The translations under genes and the position numbers were made by a program. A stretch of DNA of 64,000 nt from an uncultured Vicinamibacteraceae bacterium (lineage in GTDB: Bacteria > Acidobacteriota > Vicinamibacteria > Vicinamibacterales > UBA8438). The stretch covers positions 44,855 through 108,854 of the forward strand of contig CAZWUJ010000004.1 of the NCBI GenBank assembly GCA_964636705.1, in the 5' to 3' direction. Shown here one piece after another: positions 49,002 through 55,911 of this stretch. Position 1 is the first letter of the stretch. The number at the start of each line of letters is the position of its first letter. The notes beneath the pieces are model-generated. The model saw only the letters and a list, made by a program, of their open reading frames with translations, had not been told where the DNA came from and searched no databases.

Positions 49002-49766
49002 TCAAGGGCTCACAGCGAGTGCGGCAGGCGCCACCGGCGCATGCAGGCCGCATTCGGTCTTCACCTGGCCCCGCCAGCGCCCCGCCCGCTGGTCCTCGCC
49101 CGCCGCTACCCCCGTTGTGCAGGGCCAGCAGCCGATGCTGGGGAAGCCCCGGTCGTGCAGGGGGTTGTAGGGCACGCCGTGCCGCGTGAGATAGCGCCAG
49201 ACGTCCTTCGACGTCCAGGTGACGAGTGGGTTCACCTTCGCGATCCCGAACTTGCCGTCCCAGTCGACCGTCTTCGCGTTCGCGCGCTCCGGCGTCTGAT
49301 CGCGCCGGATTGCCGTGATCCAGGCGTCGACCCCGGCCAGTTCTTCCTGAAGCGGCACCACCTTCCGGAGGGAGCAGCAACGGTCCGGCGCGCGCTCCCA
49401 GAGCCGGTCGCCGTACACCGCTGCCTGTTCGCCCACCGTCAGCAACGGCTTCACACCTCGGATCTCGAGCCCGTAGCGCGTCTCGAGCTGCCGCCAGAGA
49501 TCGCGCGTTTCCTCGAAGATCAGGCCGGTGTCGAGCGTGAAGACGTCGATCGGCAGCGCGTGGCGTCCGATCAGATCAATGAGGACGCAACCCTCGGGAC
49601 CGAAACCGGTAGCGAACGTCAGGCGATCGGCGTACTCTTCCACCGCCCAGCGCAACGTCTCCTCCGGAGGCGCTCCCTCCAGCGTCGCGGCGGCCAGGGA
49701 AAGGCGGGCGTCGTCCGCCCGGGTGTCGTCAATCCGTTCAGTTGGCGCTGTGGCCGTAATGCTCAC
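49002..49766 (-). CDS. cysH: Adenosine 5'-phosphosulfate (APS)-type sulfonucleotide reductase
   Basis: The Cys pairs CC (DRCCSLRKV) and CxxC (SIGCWPCT) are typical of Fe-S APS reductases, plus the catalytic KTECGLH. GTG 49766 is preceded by GGAGG and overlaps the tauE stop (GTGA). Confidence 0.85.
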   Translation of the reverse strand: MSITATAPTERIDDTRADDARLSLAAATLEGAPPEETLRWAVEEYADRLTFATGFGPEGCVLIDLIGRHALPIDVFTLDTGLIFEETRDLWRQLETRYGLEIRGVKPLLTVGEQAAVYGDRLWERAPDRCCSLRKVVPLQEELAGVDAWITAIRRDQTPERANAKTVDWDGKFGIAKVNPLVTWTSKDVWRYLTRHGVPYNPLHDRGFPSIGCWPCTTGVAAGEDQRAGRWRGQVKTECGLHAPVAPAALAVSP

Positions 49767-50557
49767 CGAATACCTCCGTATGCCAGCCAAATGTCGTCCG
49801 CTCCGCCGAACGTAGCCAGATGAACGCCGAGAAACAGCAGCACGGTTGCGAGACCTACGCGCAGGATGCGCTCCGGGACCGAGGTCGAAATCCGCGCACC
49901 GATCAGGACGCCAGGGATGGCGCCGGAAATCACGAGCCCCGCCAAGGCGAAATCGACGCGTCCCGCCGCGGCATGACCGATGGTTGCCGCCGCCGACAGG
50001 AAGAGTGCGTGGACCAGGTCGGTTCCCACCACCGTCCGTGCGCCGAGCGGGTAGGCGAGCACCAGGGCGCAGAGCAGGAGCGAGCCGCTCCCGACGCTGG
50101 TGGTGGCGACCAGAACGCCGACAACGAAACCGATGGTCACCGTCATGCGTGTCGCCGGTTGGCGCGTCGGCCCCGACTTGCCGGCAAGGCTCACTCGCAG
50201 CCAGAGGGCAGCGCCTGCGAGCACGAGGACCACGCCGAGGGCGCGGGTCAGCCAGGCGTCCATCTGTCCCGCGGGCAGCGCGCTCAGGATGGCGAGTCCC
50301 ACGACGGCGCCCGGGATCGAGCCGAGGGCCAGCCGCCCCACCGTGGGCCAGTGGACTTCGCGGCGCAGCGCGTAGAAGCCGCCGCCGAAGAGTTTCATGG
50401 CGCTGGCGATCAAGACGTCCGAGCCGACCGCGATTGGCGCCGGGACGCGCGCAATCAGGATCAACGCCGGGGTCAGCAGCGCACCGCCTCCGGTCGACGT
50501 CGCCCCGACGAGCACGCCGACCACGAAGCCGATCAGCGCGGGAGCGATCTCGGTCAA
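49763..50557 (-). CDS. TauE/SafE-family sulfite exporter-like membrane protein
   Basis: 264 aa, about 8 TM helices, internally duplicated G-rich helices (GGGALLTPAL..., VGSGSLLLCALV...). Confidence 0.75.
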   Translation of the reverse strand: MTEIAPALIGFVVGVLVGATSTGGGALLTPALILIARVPAPIAVGSDVLIASAMKLFGGGFYALRREVHWPTVGRLALGSIPGAVVGLAILSALPAGQMDAWLTRALGVVLVLAGAALWLRVSLAGKSGPTRQPATRMTVTIGFVVGVLVATTSVGSGSLLLCALVLAYPLGARTVVGTDLVHALFLSAAATIGHAAAGRVDFALAGLVISGAIPGVLIGARISTSVPERILRVGLATVLLFLGVHLATFGGADDIWLAYGGIR

Positions 50558-50643
50558 GCCGCGATCTCCTGCTGGTGCGGAATGCCGCTCGCCGCCGTCC
50601 GGTTCACCATCACCTGTTCCATCCGTTCGCTTGGCGCAACCAC

Positions 50644-50676
50644 AAAAAAAGCCCGGAGGGCGGTGCCCCCCGGGCC
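50644..50676 (-). terminator. Rho-independent terminator
   Basis: Minus strand reads GCCCGGGGGGCACCGCCCTCCGGGC followed by TTTTTTT. It lies downstream of the vapBC remnant and upstream of tauE. Confidence 0.75.
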
Positions 50677-50711
50677 TTCAGTTCGTTGCGCGTTGCCTTC
50701 TGTCTGTTCGT

Positions 50712-50873
50712 CTATGCCATCGATGCATCCGAACGCGCACGACCGTCGCCCAGGGGAGCCCCGTGGGGCCCCATACAACAGCAGCAGCAACAACAGGCGC
50801 AGCCGGGGGCGATTGCTACATACATCGACGTTCCGAGCATTGTAGCCGCAATTGCCACCCGGGTGTCAAGGAC
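50712..50873 (-). pseudogene. PIN-domain (VapC-like) toxin remnant
   Basis: The frame overlapping the antitoxin stop reads VLDTRVAIAATMLG (PIN N-terminal LDTNV-like). It then degenerates into a CTG/TTG microsatellite (poly-Cys in this frame) and stops after about 55 codons. Confidence 0.35.
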
Positions 50874-51093
50874 GCAGCCGATCGAGATCGACGCCGGGTC
50901 GCGGGCCGTCCCCGCCAACCGTAATCAGCCGAAACGGTCTGGCCGGTTCCGGCGGCGTCCGCCGCTTGAGCGAATCTTCCAGCGTCTTGGCGATGAACGC
51001 GCTTACGCTGACGCCCTGCGCGGCTGCCTCACGACGCACCTGCAGCGCGAGCCGGTCTTCGAGGGAAATTGTCGTGCGCACTATGCAGAACAT
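50866..51093 (-). CDS. Ribbon-helix-helix antitoxin-like protein (VapB/CopG type)
   Basis: MFCIVRTTISLEDRLALQVRREAAAQGVSVSAFIAKTLEDSLKRR is a typical RHH N-terminus. The C-terminal PGVDLDRL resembles the antitoxin tail. It overlaps the 3' end of the DUF4202 ORF by 13 nt. Confidence 0.55.
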   Translation of the reverse strand: MFCIVRTTISLEDRLALQVRREAAAQGVSVSAFIAKTLEDSLKRRTPPEPARPFRLITVGGDGPRPGVDLDRLRP

Positions 51094-51716
51094 AGCATTG
51101 TCGCGAACGTCAATCGAACTCGGCGGACTCTCTTCACCAGCGAGCGGACGGCCTCCGGCAGTTCCAGGGACGCGACCGCGGCGCGCCCCTCGTCGGACAT
51201 CTTGCGCCACGTCTTGTTCAGAATGTCGACCACCTTCTGCTCGTCGTGCTTCGCGGCGAAGTCCGCGAGGTAGTGGGTGAGGAAGACGTGACAGATGACG
51301 TCCTCGAGGAGTTGGACGTCGGGATCCGCCTTCAGGCGGTCCTTGCGGACGAGGGCCTGGACGCGCGCGATCGTCGGTTCGTCGTAACCGACGTCACGGA
51401 GGATCGCCGCCGCCGTGTCGGCGTGAAAGACGGCCAGATCGGTGCGCCATTGACGGTAGCCGGCGCGGCCTTCCGGGTAGCCGTCCCGCGGGACAGTCCA
51501 GCGCCGGATGTGCTGGCAGCGGGCCGCGAGCCGGACGGTCTCGGGGGCGTCGGGGGCGAATCGGTGGAGCGCCGCTGTCATGCGGTTGGCGTAGACGAGT
51601 TCCTTCGGCTCAGGAACCCCGCCCTCGACCTCAATGTTGGGGTCTTCCGCGTTGGCGGCGTCGAAGCGGAGTATCGCCTCGCGGAAGCGGGCGGCGGCGT
51701 CGGAGGGAGGCGCCAT
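51081..51716 (-). CDS. DUF4202-like protein
   Basis: Trimmed to MAPPSDAAARFREAILRFDAANAEDPN. CQHIRRWTVPRDGYPEGRAGYRQWR and LEDVICHVFL resemble DUF4202. The family assignment is from memory. Confidence 0.6.
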   Translation of the reverse strand: MAPPSDAAARFREAILRFDAANAEDPNIEVEGGVPEPKELVYANRMTAALHRFAPDAPETVRLAARCQHIRRWTVPRDGYPEGRAGYRQWRTDLAVFHADTAAAILRDVGYDEPTIARVQALVRKDRLKADPDVQLLEDVICHVFLTHYLADFAAKHDEQKVVDILNKTWRKMSDEGRAAVASLELPEAVRSLVKRVRRVRLTFATMLCSA

Positions 51717-51757
51717 GTCGCCGAGAATACCAGTGCCGGCCTGGTGGCCGGCGCACC
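51711..51757 (+). repeat. Left copy of ~47-bp direct repeat (contains a REP1 hairpin)
   Basis: cgccatgtcgccgagaataccagtgccggcctggtggccggcgcacc. Compare 53870-53917. Confidence 0.8.
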
Positions 51758-51811
51758 GGATCGTGACGCGGGTGGCGTGGCACCACACTCAGCCCAAAAC
51801 GTCGCTTTATT

Positions 51812-51841
51812 TTGCATTTATCGCGGATTTTCCGCGATAAT
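51812..51841 (+). promoter_or_regulatory. Sigma-70-like promoter with operator palindrome in the spacer
   Basis: TTGCAT (51812-51817), 18-bp spacer, GATAAT (51836-51841). The spacer holds the palindrome atcgcgga-ttt-tccgcgat (51820-51838). It is the most AT-rich patch of the region. Confidence 0.5.
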
Positions 51842-51847
51842 CGGTCT

Positions 51848-53224
51848 GTGAACACCCATGCCGACACGCCTCCGCCAACGAACGCACTGCTGTCCTTCTC
51901 CATTCGGAATGTACGTTCCTACTGGGAAGAGGCAACACTGTCGCTGATCGGCACCAGGCTGTCGGATTCGGAAGTTGTCAGGGGCCTGCAGGTCGCCGGC
52001 ATCCGCGGGCCAGCGAATGTGCTGCCCGCGGCCGGCCTCTTCGGAGCGAACGCATCGGGAAAGTCAACGTTCCTGCGGGCGATGGCGGACATGCGCGCGG
52101 TCGTGCTGAGCTCGTTCCGTAAAGGGGATCAGGAAACCAAGCTCCCCCGCCAGCCGTTTCTCCTTCACGACCACGGCGTCGAACAGCCATCCCGGTTCGA
52201 GGTCGACCTGATTCTCCACGGAGTGCGCTGGCAGTACGGCTTTGAAATCGACGACGAGTCTGTTCGCGGCGAGTACGCCTACTACTATCCGAAAGGGCGC
52301 CAGGCGTTGGTCTTTCATAGAGAACGCGATGATCGGGCGCCGAGCTTCGGCCCCGCCTTTCGCTCGTCCGGCCGCGTGCTTGCACGCCTCGTGCGCAGGA
52401 ACGCACTTCTGTTGTCAGTCGCCGGCGCCGTCGCGGATGGACCGGGCAATGCCCGTTCAAGCGTCACCACCCTGATCGGCCCGCTATTCGACTGGTTTCG
52501 CGACAATCTTCGGCTGATGGCGCCCGACAACCGGGGCGCGGGCATAGCCAAGACAGCCGAGCTCCTCCCGCATCCCAAGGCGCGCGGAGCGATTGTCCCC
52601 CTGCTGCAAGCCGCCGACCTGGGCATCAAGGACGTCGAGCGAATCGACATTGACGCGGAAGCCGCCGAAAAGTGGCAGCGAGCGCTTCGCGGTCTCGATG
52701 GACTCGAAGAAGAGCCGGCCGCTGCGCAGGATGAGCACTTCTTGCGCAGCAACCTCCTGCGTCTGAGCCACGCGGGAACCGAGGGCGCTGTTTCCGTTGA
52801 TCCGGAGCACGAATCTCAAGGAACACTGGCATGGGTTAGCCTGCTCGGACCGCTGCTCGAGACAATACGTAGAGGAACCGTGCTTCTCTTGGACGAGCTC
52901 GACTCGAGCTTGCACCCCCATCTCGTGCGACGGTTCATCCGGCTCTTCCACGACCCCAAAACCAACCCGTGGTGCGCGCAACTTGTCTTCAACGCCCACG
53001 ATCCGACAATCCTCGGCGACAGCGGCCAGCGCACCCTGGGCCGAGACCAGATATGGCTCACCGAGAAGAACGCCGACGGCGGAACGACGCTCTATTCGCT
53101 GGCGGAGTTTCAGCCGAAGCGAGACGAGGCGCTCGGAAGACGCTACCTTCAGGGGCGCTACGGAGCCGTTCCCGTCCTAGACCCGGCAGAGTTCCAACTG
53201 CTTGCCGACGCGGACGGTTCATGA
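51848..53224 (+). CDS. AAA_21/ABC-type ATPase of abortive-infection type (AbiLi/RloA-like)
   Basis: LLSFSIRNVRSYWEE N-terminus. Walker A GANASGKST and Walker B VLLLDELDSSLHP. H-loop-like FNAHDP and the C-terminal YLQGRYGAVP typical of this family. Start is GTG 51848 if the promoter call is right, or the track start 51812. Confidence 0.8.
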   Translation: MNTHADTPPPTNALLSFSIRNVRSYWEEATLSLIGTRLSDSEVVRGLQVAGIRGPANVLPAAGLFGANASGKSTFLRAMADMRAVVLSSFRKGDQETKLPRQPFLLHDHGVEQPSRFEVDLILHGVRWQYGFEIDDESVRGEYAYYYPKGRQALVFHRERDDRAPSFGPAFRSSGRVLARLVRRNALLLSVAGAVADGPGNARSSVTTLIGPLFDWFRDNLRLMAPDNRGAGIAKTAELLPHPKARGAIVPLLQAADLGIKDVERIDIDAEAAEKWQRALRGLDGLEEEPAAAQDEHFLRSNLLRLSHAGTEGAVSVDPEHESQGTLAWVSLLGPLLETIRRGTVLLLDELDSSLHPHLVRRFIRLFHDPKTNPWCAQLVFNAHDPTILGDSGQRTLGRDQIWLTEKNADGGTTLYSLAEFQPKRDEALGRRYLQGRYGAVPVLDPAEFQLLADADGS

Positions 53225-53533
53225 CGAAACCCTCCGGCCGGTACCCGCGTCGGCGCCACGTGAAGCGCGAAACGCGTCGCATCCTTCGCATCCTCACCGA
53301 GGGTGAGGTAACGGAGCCCCGCTATCTCACCGAGTGGGCAGCAACTTTCTCATGAGCTGGGCCTGACGAGTGGCAAGAGGATTCCCGAAACCGCGTGGAT
53401 GACCCTCATCGACGACTTCGAAACGGCGAAGCACCGTGCACGGGAACTCGACGCGCGTCACGAAGGCAACGGTTCTCCGCCTCGAACGAACCCCAGCACG
53501 GACGTGTGGCGGCTGGTGGATCGACTCCGGTAG
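53221..53533 (+). pseudogene. rloB-like gene with internal deletion and frameshift
   Basis: Frame 1 (ATG 53221, ATGA overlap with the ATPase stop) gives RRILRILTEGEVTEPRYLTEW, the RloB N-terminal motif, then stops at 53355. Frame 2 (open from 53312) gives ...FETAKHRARELDARHEGNGSPPRTNPSTDVWRLVDRLR*, an RloB-like C-terminus. The central ~100 aa are missing. Confidence 0.7.
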
Positions 53534-53581
53534 AGGACTTGATACCGCGCCCGTCCCGTGACGGTTTCGTCGTTGCACCCC

Positions 53582-53734
53582 TCATTTGAGGCGGGAATGT
53601 ACGGAACCATCGACCAGTTCGACAGGGCCGGCCAGGGTTTCGCCCCGCAGTGACAGCGCCGCGTCGCCATGCTGCTCGTCATCGCCTGGAAGCACCAACT
53701 TGAGGAGCACCGACGCGTCGGGAGTCGCGATCAC
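53582..53734 (-). pseudogene. Truncated PIN-domain (VapC) toxin, first ~50 codons only
   Basis: GTG 53734 overlaps the upstream stop (GTGA). VIATPDASVLLKLVLPGDDEQHGDAALSL is a typical PIN N-terminus. It stops after 50 aa. Confidence 0.55.
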
Positions 53735-53820
53735 GACGGCCGCCGCTCCCGTTCCTCGCGGACCCAGCGGACCACGTCTTCCGTGGCGACCGGTTGGAGA
53801 CTTGCACGCAACGAGTCCAT
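53731..53820 (-). pseudogene. Antitoxin C-terminal fragment
   Basis: MDSLRASLQPVATEDVVRWVREERERRPS*, only 29 codons. The ending resembles antitoxin tails and is translationally coupled to the PIN fragment. Confidence 0.35.
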
Positions 53821-53869
53821 GCGCGCGGCGGCTTGCCGGCGCGCGAAAGTGCCGGACCACTCGCGACAG

Positions 53870-53917
53870 CGCCATCGTCGCCGAGAATACGAGTGCCGGC
53901 CTGGAGGCCGGCGCACC
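53870..53917 (+). repeat. Right copy of ~47-bp direct repeat (contains a REP1 hairpin)
   Basis: cgccatcgtcgccgagaatacgagtgccggcctggaggccggcgcacc. Three differences from 51711-51757, including one 1-nt indel (hand alignment). Confidence 0.8.
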
Positions 53918-53978
53918 AGCTTACGTGCAGGCCGGCGCACCAGCTTACGTGCAGGCCGGCGCACCAGCTTACGTGCAG
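53907..53978 (+). repeat. 24-bp tandem repeat x3 (plus a degenerate fourth unit to about 54003) extending the REP1 hairpin
   Basis: gccggcgcaccagcttacgtgcag at 53907, 53931 and 53955, then gacggcgcaccaactagcgcaccgg. Confidence 0.85.
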
Positions 53979-54007
53979 GACGGCGCACCAACTAGCGCAC
54001 CGGGCGG

Positions 54008-55732
54008 CTACTCCTCGGCGCTGATGTAACCCTGGCGCTCCAGGTGGAGGATGATGCGCTGGGCCGCTTCGTCGGGCGTGAGAGCCGTCGTGTCGATCGT
54101 CACGTCTGCGTCCTGCGGCTCCTCGTAGGGATCGGAAATCCCGGTGAACTCCTTGATGATGCCGGCCCGCGCCTTGGCGTAGAGACCCTTGCGGTCGCGC
54201 TCCTCGCACACCGCCAGCGGCGTGTCGACATGGACGAGGGCAAAGCCGCCGAGGGGTTCGATCATCCGCCGGACATCCTTGCGCACCGCGTCGTAGGGGG
54301 CGATCGGGGCGCAGACCGCAATGCCGCCGTTCTTCGTGATCTCGGAGGCGACGTAGCCGATGCGGCGGATGTTGATGTCGCGGTGCTCCTTGGAGAAGCC
54401 GAGCTCGCTCGACAGATTCTTGCGGACCAGATCGCCGTCGAGCAGCGTCACCGGCCGGCCGCCGAACTCCAGGAACTTCACCAGAAGGGCGTTCGCGATG
54501 GTCGACTTGCCGGAGCCGGAGAGGCCCGTGAAGAAGACGGTGAATCCTTGCCGGCCGCGTGGCGGGTGGCTCCGGCGCAGCTCTTCCGCGACGTCCGGAA
54601 AGGTGAACCAGCCCGGGATGTCGCGTCCCTCGGCGAGGCGTTCGCGCAACTCCGTGCCGGAGATGTTGAGCGTGCGCCGCCCTTTCTCAACCTCGTCGAT
54701 CGGGAGGTAGGCGTCCGCATCCTGCACGTAGACCATCAGCTTGAACGGCACCATCGTGACGCCCAGCTCCGCCTCGTGCGCGCGGAGCAGCTCCTGCGCG
54801 TCGTAGGGGCCGTAGAACGGGTTGCCGGCGGAGTCGCTGCCCGGCCCGGCGTGGTCGCGGCCGACGATCAGGTGCGTGCAGCCGTGGTTCTTCCGGATGA
54901 TGGCGTGCCAGACCGCCTCGCGCGGGCCGCCCATCCGCATCGCGAGGGGCAGCAACGAAAGCTGCGCGGTGCTTGAGGGATACCGGTGCAGCAGCGCCTG
55001 GTAGCAGCGCACGCGCGTGTAGTGGTCCACGTCGCCCGGCTTCGTCATGCCGACGACGGGATGGATAAGCAGGTCGGCGCCCACCTCTTTCGCCGCGCGC
55101 AGGGTCAGTTCCTGGTGCGCGCGGTGCATCGGATTGCGCGTCTGGAAGGCGACCACCTTGGTCCAGCCCAGCTTTGCGAACTGCGCGCGCAACTCGGCCG
55201 GCGTATGGCGGAGCTGGCGGTAGTCGTAGTGCGTCACCGGCTGCACCGCGGTGACACGGCCGCCGACGTAGCACGGATGCGTCCGATCAAGCAGGTGGGC
55301 GACGCCGGGATGCTCCGGGTTGTCGGTGCCGAAGACCGCCACCGCTTCGGCGGCGCGATCCGGTTGCCAGACATTCTCGACGTCCAGCACCGCGAGCATC
55401 ACGCCTTCCGGATCGCGGAGGGCGAGTCTCGATCCGGGTGCTAGCGCGCTGGCGAGCTTCTCGGGCACGTCCAGGGTGATGGGAATCGGCCAGAGCGTCC
55501 CGTCCGCAAGGCGCATATCGGAGCAGACGCGGTCGTAGTCCGCTTGCGCCATGAAGCCGGTGAGGGGAGAAAAGCCGCCGTTCGCGAGCAACTCCAGGTC
55601 GCAGAGCTGACGCTCCGTCAGGTCGTGGGAGGGCCAGTCGCGGGATGCTTCCTTGTGAGCGGCGCCGTCGGCGTCGGAAGCGAAGAGATTGACGAGACTC
55701 CCCCCATGGGGGGCGATGAGATGATCCGTCAC
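54008..55732 (-). CDS. sat: Bifunctional sulfate adenylyltransferase (Sat type) / adenylylsulfate kinase
   Basis: N-terminal PUA-like plus ATP sulfurylase (VVAFQTRNPMHRAHQEL, GPREAVWHAIIRKNHGCTHLIVGRDHAG). C-terminal APS kinase has an intact P-loop (FTVFFTGLSGSGKSTIANAL). Confidence 0.9.
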   Translation of the reverse strand: MTDHLIAPHGGSLVNLFASDADGAAHKEASRDWPSHDLTERQLCDLELLANGGFSPLTGFMAQADYDRVCSDMRLADGTLWPIPITLDVPEKLASALAPGSRLALRDPEGVMLAVLDVENVWQPDRAAEAVAVFGTDNPEHPGVAHLLDRTHPCYVGGRVTAVQPVTHYDYRQLRHTPAELRAQFAKLGWTKVVAFQTRNPMHRAHQELTLRAAKEVGADLLIHPVVGMTKPGDVDHYTRVRCYQALLHRYPSSTAQLSLLPLAMRMGGPREAVWHAIIRKNHGCTHLIVGRDHAGPGSDSAGNPFYGPYDAQELLRAHEAELGVTMVPFKLMVYVQDADAYLPIDEVEKGRRTLNISGTELRERLAEGRDIPGWFTFPDVAEELRRSHPPRGRQGFTVFFTGLSGSGKSTIANALLVKFLEFGGRPVTLLDGDLVRKNLSSELGFSKEHRDINIRRIGYVASEITKNGGIAVCAPIAPYDAVRKDVRRMIEPLGGFALVHVDTPLAVCEERDRKGLYAKARAGIIKEFTGISDPYEEPQDADVTIDTTALTPDEAAQRIILHLERQGYISAEE

Positions 55733-55911
55733 GATCGCGGTGCTCCTTCTATGGGGTCCGAGGTGAGAGTCGAAACCCGGAACTCTAGCATGCGAAACGA
55801 AACTGCCGATTGCCCTGCGGCGCTCCCCGGTCTATCGTTAGCAGTGTGCCGGCCTGCGGACGGCGGGTCGCCTCGCGCACGGTACGAAGAAAGATTCAGA
55901 GGGAGGATCTC

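Noticed and set aside
48982-49380. 133-aa N-terminal extension of the cysG track ORF
   Set aside because: It overlaps cysH in another frame. Family homology begins at MHLFPAFLKLNGRRVVIVGGG.
53586-54209. ORFs on both strands reading through the 24-bp repeat (AGAPAYVQ-type repeats)
   Set aside because: They are open only because the repeat period is a multiple of 3. They overlap each other and the REP1 element, and have no start context or coding-like flanks.
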